A DNA stretch of 64,000 bases, from NCBI GenBank assembly GCA_950097015.1, contig CATNEN010000038.1, forward strand, positions 25,048,001-25,112,000, read 5' to 3'. Within the stretch, counting starts at the first letter, position 1; every line of letters starts with the position of its first letter. The notes under the pieces are model-generated. The model saw only the letters and a program-made list of their open reading frames with translations. It ran no database searches and had not been told where the DNA came from. The translations under genes and the position numbers were made by a program. Origin of the DNA: Macrostomum hystrix (lineage: Eukaryota; Animalia; Platyhelminthes). This document shows, piece by piece, positions 35,521 through 48,524 of the stretch.

Positions 35521-37982
35521 GTGCGCATGGGGTCTGTAAAGCATCCAAATGTAGGTCGATAGAAATACTGGTGCGCAGGCATAGATTAAGTAATTAGAAG
35601 CGTAGATAAATTTTATAAATATTTTATAGTTTGCAAACGGCTGAAGGCACTGTCAGATTTATTCGGTGACCGTAGACCCGAGTCAGGCAAAAGGCAGCTC
35701 TGTCAATTATACAGACTCCTGACATGCCGTGTGCAGGCACATACGCAGCGATATTATAATAATAACCAACAGTAACCAACTTAATTACTTTCAGTATCCC
35801 AGCGTGGAAGCCTTCCTAAGCCAGAGAAGACTCTAGGAAGTGATGCGAATGTGCCGACTTTGGCACAAATTAAAATAATTCGAGTATGAATCGGATAACT
35901 TGATTGTAAATGTAACCTAGTAGACTTTTATTATTTAGCTGTCTATTCTCTGTTCGCTTGTAACATGCTAGCTACAAGTGTGCTTTGCAACTGGAACCGC
36001 AACGTAATATATACAAAAATGGTAAAGTTGTTTTTCACTTTGAAGCTGAAATTACTAGTATATACACAGGGTTCAAATTAATGACTGGATTACTAAAATA
36101 TTATTCATAAAGAAACTACATCGGACTAGAAGGTCAAATATGAGCTGACTTCACTTGGTATCGTAATTCCTTTTGCAAGCAATAGTAAATCAAATCTGCT
36201 TAAAAGTTTAAATAGACTGTTTGTTATACTATTTTAATTTCAATTTTTATCATTACGAGCACTTGTCCTAACCATAATGTTATCAATTGTAGAAAACTGC
36301 GATGTTTTTTAATCTGTCGATACTAACATTAGACACTCTTAATGACATCGTGAGCCATTTTTATTTGTACGTGAATTTGTTTCTAGGTTTTGCTAATTTT
36401 TCATTAAAAAACTAACGAATAAAAAGGAAGACTAAAATATCAATAAATTTTTGCAAACATAATTCCGTGCTCAAGTATTTTTTTCTAAAATACAAATATT
36501 TGTATATTTAATACGATTTTGGAGCAAAGGTCAGTACATTCTACTTACTACGAGCTAGTAGTGTGCTTCGTAAAGCGACATCCGTGCTTGAAAGTCAAGC
36601 GTCACACAATCAGTCCATGAAGATACTTATGATTAGAAATGAAAAAAATTAAGCATGTTATGTGGAGATATGTTAGTAATAATTTTCTCAGGGGATGTTT
36701 GGGTATTGGCGCATTATTTAACCGTGGACCCGCAGCCAGCATGACAATGGAAAGACCATCGGGAAGACTATAGGGGTATTTGAAACACACACTGCATGCC
36801 TATACTTCACGATAGCTCCCAAACCGATTGACCAAATTTCGTAAAATTCCACCATGGATCAACAATTTCCGCCCTTTACGGTGAACTAACTTGCAACAGA
36901 TTTTGGAGATACAGAAAACAGAAAGATGGGGATATTTGAAATGCCCCAGTTGTCATTCTACAGCAAAAGGATGAAGCAATATGGTACAATATGTATGTCC
37001 ACTTCTCTTACTATAGGTGTTGAGGGGAATGATAAACCGCAGTATCGAGTTAAACTTTTAATTAAATTTTCTCTGTTAGTTTTATCGCAAATGTGACAAA
37101 AAGCTGTCAGATAGCGGATTCACTTTGCTCAGAAGTTTAAATTTGGGACTTGTCAGCCGTTTCATGTCGTGACTCCCAGCTCCTGAAGGTTGCATTTCGT
37201 GCGTTCTGTTGAGTCGATGGCGCTATATCAGTTTTGACAGTATTTGTATACATGTGTGCACTGCCAATGCTCGCACAGACAAGTTGAATTTCAATATAAA
37301 ACTCTTCAATTTTAGCAGAATTCGTCACGAACCAAGAACCGACCCAGGTGCCTACAGTAAAAGCATCAGTATTGATTGAAGAACAATTTAGAAATTGGAA
37401 ATCGTCCACATCAGTGACCTCGTCGTAAAAAGCCAATTCATCAATACGCGTTTCAGATCCGTCAACAAAGCTAACTGTTTAGCCTAACTACAGTTTGTTT
37501 CACGGCTTATAGTTTCTGAATCCGGATATTCAGAAAAAATTATAGAAATATTGTAGGAGCTTCTATAAAGATTAATTAACAGTAGGACTACCAAGCCATT
37601 TTGCCGCCCGTTTTTATACCAAGGGGGGGGGGAAATCCCCCCCTGACAATTCTTTGCTGCACCCGAACAGAACAATGCAAGCACACGAAACTCTAGAACA
37701 CGGGCCAACTTTTTGTTGCGCATCTTCTGAAACAAGAAACAAGTCGCCAGCTCTTCAGACCGTCGAGATATTCAATGTTTCTGGCCGAAGGTCCGATTTT
37801 TCCTATAAGAGCTAGTGTATTTCATACACCCCTATACACGAATTTGCACTTCGCCTCAGTGCGGCCTTTCAAGACCTTCAAACTTTATCAGCATGTCACC
37901 CGAATGTGCTTGCATCATCTCCGTCTTCGGCGGTCACCGACCTTTATCTAGACGGAGCTGCTGGACCGTCGACCCGTAGGCA

Positions 37983-38032
37983 GCGCTGACTCCTGAGCAC
38001 ACGTACGGATACCGTATGCGGGCATGCGCTTA
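37983..38032 (-). mobile_element. Fragment of SINE family 1
   Basis: gctgactcctgagcacacg...gataccgta matches the copy at ~48610-48650. Confidence 0.55.
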
Positions 38033-39257
38033 CACGAGAGCACATGTGCACACCTGCCCTGCCCTAATAGGTGCCAATTGCATGACATGCCCCAACGCCA
38101 AATCAATGTCTGGAGTCTCAACGTTAATCGAGCTCAGGGTCCTCGGTGCGAGACGCAAGCTACTTTGTAAAAAGTTACTTTATATTACCCACTAAAGTGC
38201 AAATGCTCGATTGTAAAGCAGCTGATGGCTAACAGAAAGTTGTTGAATTTAGAGCCGAATTCGTGCTGAAAACGGCAGCTGTGCAGCGCGTGTCATAGCC
38301 TGTACACTGGACGAGTGTATGGCTGCTTTGAATTTAAGGCGAGTTCTATAATTAACACGTTAGATGTCGAATGGAGACTGTGGACTATAGGGGATTACAC
38401 GAACCGGCTTAGCGGTAGTACAGGTGTGCCAAAGCAGGCGGCCACGAGGCTCAACTCATCCAGATCTCTATACCACCTGTCTCCATTAATAATCACATCG
38501 AGCTACAGGCTACGTATAATTTTCACTTCACTCGCTTTGTTAATCTGGCGATAATTAATTATTCAACCGAATAACTGCAAGCCTAAACAATGTGCGCACC
38601 CGTGTGTTGCTTTCATTGGCCAAGAAACTCAATTTTTTTTAATTGCATTTTCTTCTAATTCGTCAAAAGCTTTTTTTGCTTTCTGATCTTATTGGATGTT
38701 CGGTCCATTGTTTTCTTCGTCGCATAGAAGTTCAAGTCAAGATACATTTAAATACGAGTAGGACGTTTTTATTCTATTTTTTGTTCGCAATAATTTCTAC
38801 TAATAATTAAAGGAACGATTTGAATAGATGTGACAATTAATAATTTGTGAAATTTCGAAAGCCTAACAGCTGATGACAAAATTGTGTATTTAATGACACA
38901 GGAAAGCACAGAATTAACAGAAAGTTTTGTGGACTTGATAGAAAGCATACTTATAGCTAGTTAAAAAAGCCACTGCCCTGAGGCCCATAGTTGAAATTCA
39001 AAAACACAATAGCTATTCTCCTTTCGGTCAGTTTTTATTTTCTCTTTAAATTTCAATATTATATTTTTTGTTTTAATGCCTTGTTTATTTCAAAAAGGTG
39101 TTTTTTTATTAAAAAAAATCGAATTGTTCAGCATCGTCGGTATATTCAGCGCTTCTTGTCCATGAACCTGGTGGCAAATGCATCTAACATTTAAGTATTT
39201 GATATACCCACTTAAACTGTACTGTTATTTCTGCTGTTAACCCATTCGGGTAAACCG

Positions 39258-39885
39258 ATGCGCTATGAGCTCTCTGATACCAATCTCAGGTGTTTGAATC
39301 TCAATTTTCATTCGCTCCTTTAGAATGGAGAAGGCTATAGTTTCTGCCGACCAATAAAATTGTGACCGCCCTGACTTAAATAGACTTAGAGATGCTTTGC
39401 AGAGTGACTCGCTGGTTCCAATGACAGACTCGCTGGTTGGCCCAGGTTTCACAGGTAAATTAAACTAGGCGTAAAATAAATTTAAATGAAGGCCTTATTA
39501 TATAGCTTATTAGTTCCGTGCCTACTTTTGGGTGAGTTAATTTTTTTAGTTTTGCTGCAGTTTAATAAAATTTTAGATACGCAATAGGAAGCTCGCAATG
39601 TTCTTCCTTTTAAATTGTTTCAATTCCTTCAGGACACGCTGTCACGCAAAGGGACACTGGCCGGCTGCACTCTACGGCTGAGGTAATGGCATACAAGATA
39701 TTATATAGCTTATTAGTTCCGTGCCTACTTTTGGGTGAGTTAATTTTTTTAGTTTTGCTGCAGTTTAATAAAATTTTAGATACGCAATAGGAAGCTCGCA
39801 ATGTTCTTCCTTTTAAATTGTTTCAATTCCTTCAGGACACGCTGTCACGCAAAGGGACACTGGCCGGCTGCACTCTACGGCTGAG
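39258..39885 (+). pseudogene. Small-exon gene remnant of unknown family
   Basis: Phase-compatible GT-AG exons 39258-39289, 39324-39454, 39514-39531 and 39577-39682 give a continuous frame with two in-frame stops. The last two exons are tandemly duplicated. Confidence 0.3.
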
Positions 39886-39902
39886 GTAATGGCATACAAG
39901 AA
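39498..39902. repeat. Exact tandem duplication, 203 bp period
   Basis: tatagcttattagttccg...ggcatacaaga starts at 39501 and again at 39704. Confidence 0.95.
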
Positions 39903-39976
39903 AACTATTTTACTTTATCATGACAAACTTGTAGGACCAAGCAATGAATTAAGACTATATACAAAGAGCAACCCCC

Positions 39977-40325
39977 GGGAGTGAGTGGCAGAGCAGTTAT
40001 CGCGTTCGCCTCTCGCACCAAGGTCCCTGGGCTCGATTCCGCGGCGAGGCCACATTTATTTGGGGGCGCAGCCGCGTACAGAAGGCTTGGGGGCTTGTCA
40101 TGAAATTTACTCCCATTATATGGATAATGTACATGGCACAGTGAGAGAGTGCACTGCCTGACGTTGAGAATGTCAGGGCAGATGTACACAGCTGTGTGAG
40201 TGTATGCCTGCGTACAGTATCTGTGTGCGTGTGTGCTCAGGAGTCAGCGAAATAGGCAGAATTGTCTCCTCGCTGGCTTCGGGTTTAGTATCGGCAAATG
40301 ATGTGCCATCGCGCAGAGCTATTGT
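39977..40325 (+). mobile_element. tRNA-derived SINE, family 1
   Basis: A-box-like TGGCAGAGC and B-box-like GCTCGATTC; body shared with the copies at 42280, 48525 and 55049. Confidence 0.85.
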
Positions 40326-40484
40326 GTAAATATTAATTATTTGATATTGAATGTACCCCACATCATTATCAGACCATCCTTGATGGTTTCAGTTGGCTAG
40401 CGAAGTTGACGATTTGTTGCGTCACAGTGATGTCATCAGTCCAACCAATGACAATTTTGAAGTCATCGTAGGACATAGAAGACT

Positions 40485-41060
40485 TTGGCTGTCTGATGGA
40501 ATTCGGTCCAAGAAGTGGCTGTCTGATGGAATCCGATCAAAGAAGTGGCTGTCTGATGGAATCCGTTCCAAGAAGTGGCTGTCTGATGGAATCCGATCAA
40601 AGAAGTGGCTGTCTGATGTAATTCGGTCCAAGAAGTGGCTGTCTGATGGAATCCGATCAAAGAAGTGGCTTTCTGATGGAATCCGGTCCAAGAAATGGCT
40701 GTCTGATGGAATCCGTTCTAAGAAGTGGCTGTCTGATGGAATCCGGTCCAAGAAGTGGCTGTCTGATGGAATCCGGTCCAAGAAGTGGCTGTCTGATGGA
40801 ATCCGGTCCAAGAAATGGCTGTCTGATGGAATCCGTTCTAAGAAGTGGCTGTCTGATGGAATCCGGTCCAAGAAGTGGCTGTCTGATGGAATCCGGTCCA
40901 AGAAGTGGCTGTCTGATGGAATCCGGTCCAAGAAGTGGCTGTCTGATGGAATCCGGTCCAAGAAGTGGCTGTCTGATGGAATCCGGTCCAAGAAGTGGCT
41001 GTTTGATGGAATCCGGTCCAAGAAGTGGCTGTCTGATGGAATCCGGTCCAAGAAGTGACT
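40485..41060. repeat. Minisatellite, 30 bp unit
   Basis: tggctgtctgatggaatccggtccaagaag repeated about 19 times. Confidence 0.97.
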
Positions 41061-41427
41061 GTCTGTCGATGAAGCTATCAAAGGAATCCTGTTGAAAACA
41101 TTATATTCTGATACGGGTTTCTATATTCTTAGTAAAACGTACTGCTAAGTAACAAAGGTAACTCAAAACATCTACAGGAAACAGCATCGCCCTCTGAGCA
41201 GAAAACCTGATTTAATAGCTTGTAAGTTACTTTGTCTGCAGTCTTAGTAAAAAACAAAAATAAATTGAATCACCAATTGTGGCATCAGAAACTGGCAACA
41301 TACTTTGCTGATTTGGCAAATAAACTAGGCGATACAGCAAGAGAATAGTTATGAAATAATGTATTTATTAAAACAAAACAGTAAAAAAAATTGGTTGCGG
41401 ATTAAAAATCTTTGATCTTTAATTTGA

Positions 41428-41815
41428 ATTGAGTAGGGATTGGGAAGCTGGGATCTGTGATGACTTGAGTAGGGATTGGGAAGCTGGGATCTGTGATGAC
41501 TTGAGTAGGGATTGGGAAGCTGGGATCTGTGATGACTTGAGTAGGGATTGGGAAGCTGGGATCTGTGATGACTTGAGTAGGGATTGGGAAGCTGGGAACT
41601 GTGATGACTTGAGTAGGGATTGGGAAGCTGGGATCTGTGATGACTTGAGTAGGGATTGGGAAGCTGGGATCTGTGATGATTTGAGTAGGGATTGGAAAGC
41701 TGGGATCTGTGATGATTTGAGTAGGGATTGGGAAGCTGGGATCTGTGATGATTTGAGTAGGTATTGAGAAGCTGGGATCTGTGATGATTTGAGTAGGTAT
41801 TGAGAAGCTGGGATC
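41428..41815. repeat. 36-bp satellite, copy 1
   Basis: ttgagtagggattgggaagctgggatctgtgatgat repeated about 11 times. Confidence 0.97.
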
Positions 41816-41947
41816 TATATTCACTAAACGCATTGGCCAATCAGGCAAGCATTCAAGACTTGACAACTGGCCTAGAGTCTGTTGGCAGCAACAGAGTCAT
41901 TTTCGCAGCGGCATCCTCTTGTAGTTTAACCCAGGAATAGGCGAACA
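41811..41947 (-). pseudogene. Duplicated 3' fragment of SLC35E3 (last ~31 codons, stop and start of 3' UTR)
   Basis: Identical by eye to 47382-47518. Confidence 0.9.
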
Positions 41948-42279
41948 AATTCAATTGTATGTTACAATTTACTATTGACAATGCGATACAGCAAATTAAT
42001 CTTACTTTGTAAAAATCTGAAATTGATATTTGGACGCGATATCTTTTATTAAGGTTAATATCTACTCAATTATCAATCAAGAAATAGCTGTTAATTCTCA
42101 GCCAAAGCTGAGACATGCAAGTTGTGTAAGTAAAGCTAGTTTTACAAGTTAACAACCAAAGAAGGGATTGCTAATCTTATTTTTAGAGAAAGGTTACAAT
42201 TAAATGTTTTTTTTTAGTTTCGAAAAACGCAGCATTTTTTAAGGCTGGAAAAAGTAAGCAATTTATAATTAAATTCTGA

Positions 42280-42625
42280 TGGGGGTCGGTGGCAGAGCGG
42301 TTAACGCATTTGCCTCTCCAATGTCCCTAAGTTCGATTCCGCGGCGAGGCCACATTTATTTGGGGCGCAGCCGCGGAGAGAAGGCTTGGGGGCTTGCCGT
42401 GCAATTGACGCCCTTAGGGCCAACATCCAAGGCACAGTGAAGTGTACACTGCCTGACGATGAGAAAGTCAGGGCAGATGTACACACCTGTGTGAGCGTGT
42501 GCCTGCGTACGTTATCTGTGTGCTCAGGAGTCAGCGAAATGGGCAGAATTGCCTCCTCGCTGGCTGCGGGTCTAGTGTCACCAAATGATGTGCCATTGCC
42601 CGCAGCCCTACTGCAAAAGATAAAA
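42280..42625 (+). mobile_element. tRNA-derived SINE, family 1
   Basis: GGTGGCAGAGCGG A box, GTTCGATTCC B box, A-rich tail; possible degenerate TSD aattaaatt. Confidence 0.88.
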
Positions 42626-43189
42626 AATTAAATTGTGTCGCATGTCTCTTCGAGTGCACGAAGTCGCAACTTATTTACCCTTAGAGCACACTAAAAAACA
42701 CTGCGAATTCGTTTTAACAAGCCAGTTTGGTATTGAAAATTTTTTTAACCTATAGTTCATAAAAATAAAACAAGTAAATCTTTATTTTGGTCCCAGACTT
42801 ACAGTTGTCGGACAATCAGTTTCTGTTTCAAACTAATTATAGAAAGCAATTTTTTAATCTATATTTTTATTCCGCCGAGTAGCAGCAAATGCGGCTTCCA
42901 AATACTGAAAAAGTTTCCGTTGCGAAAGTCGAGAAATATTAATCCGAGATTTCTCCCTATTTGATCTGCAGGGCGACTTTTATACTTTCCTAGAAATCTG
43001 TTTCACCCATCATCTTTTGCTCGACGATAAACAGATTTCTAAGCTCATGCAATTAAAAAATGCAATCTAAAATCTAAAAACATAAAAGGAGTATATGAAA
43101 TTGATTTTTTAGGTCCGAAGGCACAACAGAGGAAATTGAAAATCCATGATTTTATTGAAGAAAGAGGACAAATGCAGGACAAAACACTT

Positions 43190-44990
43190 CGATTCCATGA
43201 GCCAGCAAAGTCTTGGTTCGATTCCATCAACGAGTGTCTTCTTGGTTCGATTCCATCAACGAGCCACTTCCTGGTTCGATTCCATTAACGAGTGTCTTCT
43301 TGTTTCGATTCCATCAACGAGCCACTTCCTGGTTCGATTCCATCAACGAGTGTCTTCTTGGTTTGATTCCATCAACGAACCACTTCCTGGTTCGATTCCA
43401 TTAACGAGTGTCTTCTTGGTTCGATTCCATCAACGAGCCACTTCCTGGTTCGATTCCATTAGCGAGTGTCTTCTTGGTTTGATTCCATCAACGAACCTCT
43501 TCTTGGTTCGATTCCATCAACGAGCCACTTCCTAGTTCGATTCCATCAACGAGTGTCTTCTTGGTTCGATTCCATCAACGAGCCACTTCCTGGTTCGATT
43601 CCATCAACGAGCCACTTCCTGGTTCGATTCCATTAACGAGCCACTTCCTGGTTCGATTCCATCAACGAGTGTCTTCTTGGTTCGATTCCATCAACGAACC
43701 ACTTCCTGGTTCGATTCCATTAACGAGTGTCTTCTTGGTTCGATTCCATCAACGAGCCACTTCCTGGTTCAATTCCATTAACGAGCCACTTCCTGGTTCG
43801 ATTCCATTAACGAGTGTCTTCTTGGTTCGATTCCATCAACGAGCCACTTCCTAGTTCGATTCCATCAACGAACCACTTCTTGGTTCGATTCCATCAACGA
43901 GCCACTTCCTGGTTCGATTCTATCAACGAGTGTCTTCTTGGTTCGATTCCATCAACGAGCCACTTCCTGGTTCGATTCCATCAACGAGCCACTTCCTAGT
44001 TCGATTCCATCAACGAACCACTTCTTGGTTCGATTCCATCAACGAGCCACTTCCTGGTTCGATTCCATCAACGAGTGTCTTCTTGGTTCGATTCCATCAA
44101 CGAGCCACTTCCTGGTTCGATTCCATTAACGAGTGTCTTCTTGGTTTGATTCCATCAACGAGCCACTTCCTGGTTCGATTCCATTAACGAGCCACTTCCT
44201 GGTTCAATTCCATTAACGAGCCACTTCCTGGTTCAATTCCATTAACAAGCCACTTCTTGGTTCGATTCCATCAACGAGCCACTTCCTAGTTCGATTCCAT
44301 CAACGAACCACTTCTTGGTTCGATTCCATCAACAAGCCACTTCCTGGTTCGATTCTATCAACGAGTGTCTTCTTGGTTCGATTCCATCAACGAGCCACTT
44401 CCTGGTTCGATTCCATCAACGAGCCACTTCCTAGTTCGATTCCATCAACGAACCACTTCTTGGTTCGATTCCATCAACGAGCCACTTCCTGGTTCGATTC
44501 CATCAACGAGTGTCTTCTTGGTTCGATTCCATCAACGAGCCACTTCCTGGTTCGATTCCATTAACGAGTGTCTTCTTGGTTTGATTCCATCAACGAGCCA
44601 CTTCCTGGTTCGATTCCATTAACGAGCCACTTCCTGGTTCAATTCCATTAACGAGCCACTTCCTGGTTCAATTCCATTAACAAGCCACTTCTTGGTTCGA
44701 TTCCATTAACGAGCCACTTCCTGGTTCAATTCCATTAACGAGTGTCTTCTTGGTTCGATTCCATCAACGAGCCACTTCCTGGTTCAATTCCATCAACGAG
44801 CCACTTTCTGGTTCGATTCCATCAACGAGCCACTTCCTGGCTCGATTCCATCAACGAGCCACTTCCTGGTTCAATTCCATTAACGAGTGTCTTCTGGGTT
44901 CGATTCCATGATCAAACTACTTCTTGGTTCGATTCCATTCCCCTGCAACTTCTTGTTTCGATTCCATATCCCAGCCACCTCGATTCCGTA
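43190..44990. repeat. Minisatellite, 29 bp unit with 435-bp higher-order duplication
   Basis: cctggttcgattccatcaacgagccactt repeated about 60 times, alternating with a gagtgtcttc variant; identical ORFs at 43930 and 44365. Confidence 0.97.
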
Positions 44991-45334
44991 GATTAAATAA
45001 GCTAAAAATAAGACTTAAAAATAAAAAATAATAGTTTAACGTTGGTTATTATTCAACTAAATCTAAAGCAGTAGTTTTATGTTGCTTTAAATAATTGGCA
45101 CGAAACAATAATGCTTTTATTCAACTCGAATTTGCAAAAAATCTCTTTTTTAACACATGCAGTTTAAAAATGTATGAAAACCGTAACAAACATAAGAAAT
45201 AATCAAAAACGAGAAAGAAATAATTTTTTTAAATATATTCGAATGTATCCGAATAAGCATGCAGTCAAGTCTTAATTTGAAGCTGCATTCGACTAGCTTT
45301 CGAATGCCCAAGGTATCAGCCATGATCAAAATGG

Positions 45335-47386
45335 GGATTTGTGTTGATTTGAGTAGGGATTGGGAAGCTGGGATCTGTGATGATTTGAGTAGTGATTGGG
45401 AAGCTGGGATCTGTGATGATTTGAGTAGGGATTGGAAAGCTGGGATCTGTGATGACTTGAGTAGGGATTAGGAAGCTGGGATCTGTGATGATTTGAGTAG
45501 GGATTAGGAAGCTGGGATCTGTGATGGTTTGAGAAGGGATTAAGAAGCTGGGATCTTTGATGATTTGAGTAGGGATTGGGAAGCTGGGATCTTTGATGAT
45601 TTGAGTAGGGATTGGGAAGCTGGGATCTGTGATGATTTGAGTAGGGATTGGGAAGCTGGGATCTGTGATGATTGGAGTAGGGATTGGGAAGCTGGGATCT
45701 GTGATGATTTGAGTAGGGATTGGGAAGCTGGGATCTGTGATGATTTGAGTAGGGATTGGGAAGCTGGGATCTGTGATGATTTGAGTAGGGATTGGGAAGC
45801 TGGGATCTGTGATGATTTGAGTAGGGATTGGGAAGCTGGGATCTGTGATGATTTGAGTAGGGATTGGGAAGCTGGGACTGTGATGATTTGAGTAGGGATT
45901 GGGAAGCTGGGATCTGTGATGATTTGAGTAGGGATTGGGAAGCTGGGATCTGTGATGATTTGAGTAGGGATTGGGAAGCTGGGATCTGTGATGATTTGAG
46001 TAGGGATTGGAAAGCTGGGATCTGTGATGATTTGAGTAGGGATTGGGAAACTGGGAGCTGTGATGATTTGAGTAGGGATTGGGAAACTGGGATCTGTGAT
46101 GATTTGAGTAGGGATTGGGAAGCTGGGATCTGTGATGATTTGAGTAGGGATTGGGAAGCTGGGATCTGTGATGATTTGAGTAGGGATTGGGAAGCTGGGA
46201 TCTGTGATGATTTGAGTAGGGATTGGGAAGCTGGGACTGTGATGATTTGAGTAGGGATTGGGAAGCTGGGATCTGTGATGATTTGAGTAGGGATTGGGAA
46301 GCTGGGACTGTGATGATTTGAGTAGGGATTGGGAAGCTGGGATCTGTGATGATTTGAGTAGGGATTGGGAAGCTGGGATCTGTGATGATTTGAGTAGGGA
46401 TTGGGAAACTGGGAGCTGTGATGATTTGAGTAGGGATTGGGAAACTGGGATCTGTGATGATTTGAGTAGGGATTGGGAAGCTGGGATCTGTGATGATTTG
46501 AGTAGGGATTGGGAAGCTGGGATCTGTGATGATTTGAGTAGGGATTGGGAAGCTGGGAGCTGTGATGATTTGAGTAGGGATTGGGAAACTGGGATCTGTG
46601 ATGATTTGAGTAGGGATTGGGAAGCTGGGATCTGTGATGATTTGAGTAGGGATTGGGAAGCTGGGATCTGTGATGATTTGAGTAGGGATTGGAAAGCTGG
46701 GATCTGTGATGATTTGAGTAGGGATTGGGAAGCTGGGACTGTGATGATTTGAGTAGGGATTGGGAAGCTGGGATCTGTGATGATTTGAGTAGGGATTGGG
46801 AAGCTGGGACTGTGATGATTTGAGTAGGGATTGGGAAGCTGGGATCTGTGATGATTTGAGTAGGGATTGGGAAGCTGGGATCTGTGATGATTTGAGTAGG
46901 GATTGGAAAGCTGGGATCTGTGATGACTTGAGTAGGGATTAGGAAGCTGGGATCTGTGATGATTTGAGTAGGGATTGGGAAGCTGGGATCTGTGATGGTT
47001 TGAGAAGGGATTAAGAAGCTGGGATCTTTGATGATTTGAGTAGGGATTGGGAAGCTGGGATCTGTGATGATTTGAGTAGGGATTGGGAAGCTGGGATCTG
47101 TGATGACTTGAGTAGGGATTAGGAAGCTGGGATCTGTGATGATTTGAGTAGGGATTGGGAAGCTGGGATCTGTGATGGTTTGAGAAGGGATTAAGAAGCT
47201 GGGATCTTTGATGATTTGAGTAGGGATTGGGAAGCTGGGATCTGTGATGATTTGAGTAGGGATTGGGAAGCTGGGATCTGTGATGATTGGAGTAGGGATT
47301 GGGAAGCTGGGATCTGTGATGATTTGAGTAGGTATTGAGAAGCTTGGATCTGTGATGATTTGAGTAGGTATTGAGAAGCTGGGATC
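45335..47386. repeat. 36-bp satellite, copy 2 (immediately 3' of SLC35E3)
   Basis: About 57 units, with 35-bp variants and a 180-bp higher-order block. Confidence 0.97.
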
Positions 47387-47423
47387 TATATTCACTAAAC
47401 GCATTGGCCAATCAGGCAAGCAT

Positions 47424-48365
47424 TCAAGACTTGACAACTGGCCTAGAGTCTGTTGGCAGCAACAGAGTCATTTTCGCAGCGGCATCCTCTTGTAGTTTAA
47501 CCCAGGAATAGGCGAACACACCACAGCACACTAGCAGAATGGCCAGCATCTGCTCAAGTGAGATGGGATCATTAAAGATCAGGTAGCCTAAGGTGAGGGC
47601 AGAGCAGAACTTCAAATGGCCAGCCATGTTATAAGTCAAGGCGGACGTGTTGCCAATAATCCAATAGATGGACAGATTGACAAGGAAAGCTATGGCGGCG
47701 GACAGTGTTACCATAGCAACAGCGTTTGCGCTGAGATTCAAATTCTGACTAGCAGGCGGCTCAAAATACGCAATGGGAGGCAGCAGAAGCAGAGCAGACA
47801 GAGGTGCTTGATAGAACAGCAGCTGAGCAGAGTCACACTGCAAGCCTGACTGGAATGTGCCAACCCAGATCTGGTAGAGCGACGTCACCAGTACACCGGC
47901 GGCGGCAAACGACAAGCCAAGGGCGCTGAACTTCAAGTCGTAGTGCGAATTCAATGCTACACCCATGACAACAGGGACAAAGGTGAGACGCAGGCGCCAG
48001 GATGACGGCTTGCCGTAAAAGACAGAGTTAATAGCTATAATGCATGGCGTGGTCAACGTCTTTAAGACCTGATAGGTGCCGACCGTGTTAAATTGTAGGC
48101 TTAGATTAGTGAGTGCCACAAAACCGCAGAAGGTTAATGACAAAGGCAGCATCCGTAGAACTGACAGGGATTTGTGACGAAATACACCAAACAGTCGGCA
48201 GATTATGAGGCCGAGAAATGTCACCACGAAGTGCAGCATTGTTAGGGTCAGATTGGGGAAGCCGTAGTGTGTGTACACGTATTTGTTGACACCGACAATG
48301 GCCACGGAGACAAGGATGTTAAGGCACAGGACGGTGCCAATAAAGAAGCGAGATTGCTGAGCCAT
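47424..48365 (-). CDS. SLC35E3: Solute carrier family 35 member E3 (nucleotide-sugar/TPT-family transporter), 313 aa, intronless CDS
   Basis: NILVSVAIVGVNKYVYTHYGFPNLTLTMLHFVVT, FCGFVALTNLSLQFNTVGTYQ, LVTSLYQIWVG, QLLFYQAPLS and TYNMAGHLK are collinear with SLC35E3. Confidence 0.93.
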   Translation of the reverse strand: MAQQSRFFIGTVLCLNILVSVAIVGVNKYVYTHYGFPNLTLTMLHFVVTFLGLIICRLFGVFRHKSLSVLRMLPLSLTFCGFVALTNLSLQFNTVGTYQVLKTLTTPCIIAINSVFYGKPSSWRLRLTFVPVVMGVALNSHYDLKFSALGLSFAAAGVLVTSLYQIWVGTFQSGLQCDSAQLLFYQAPLSALLLLPPIAYFEPPASQNLNLSANAVAMVTLSAAIAFLVNLSIYWIIGNTSALTYNMAGHLKFCSALTLGYLIFNDPISLEQMLAILLVCCGVFAYSWVKLQEDAAAKMTLLLPTDSRPVVKS

Positions 48366-48524
48366 CGCTAGACTGTGGCCAAGTTTATGTCGATGCTAAT
48401 TGAGCTAAATGATCTCAGCAATCAGAAATATAGCATGGGTGAGGATTCCACCACCGAACTGAAATGAGTAAGGTTAAGCATGAGAATGATTGAGAGCATG
48501 TTGATTGAAATGTGAAATATATAT

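Noticed and set aside
36690-37480. Coding-looking fragments (CPSC motif on plus strand; 99-aa ORF on minus strand)
   Set aside because: Multiple stops and no recognisable family; cannot be supported without a search.
45335-47386. Telomere-like TAGGG motifs
   Set aside because: Embedded once per 36-bp unit, not tandem TTAGGG.
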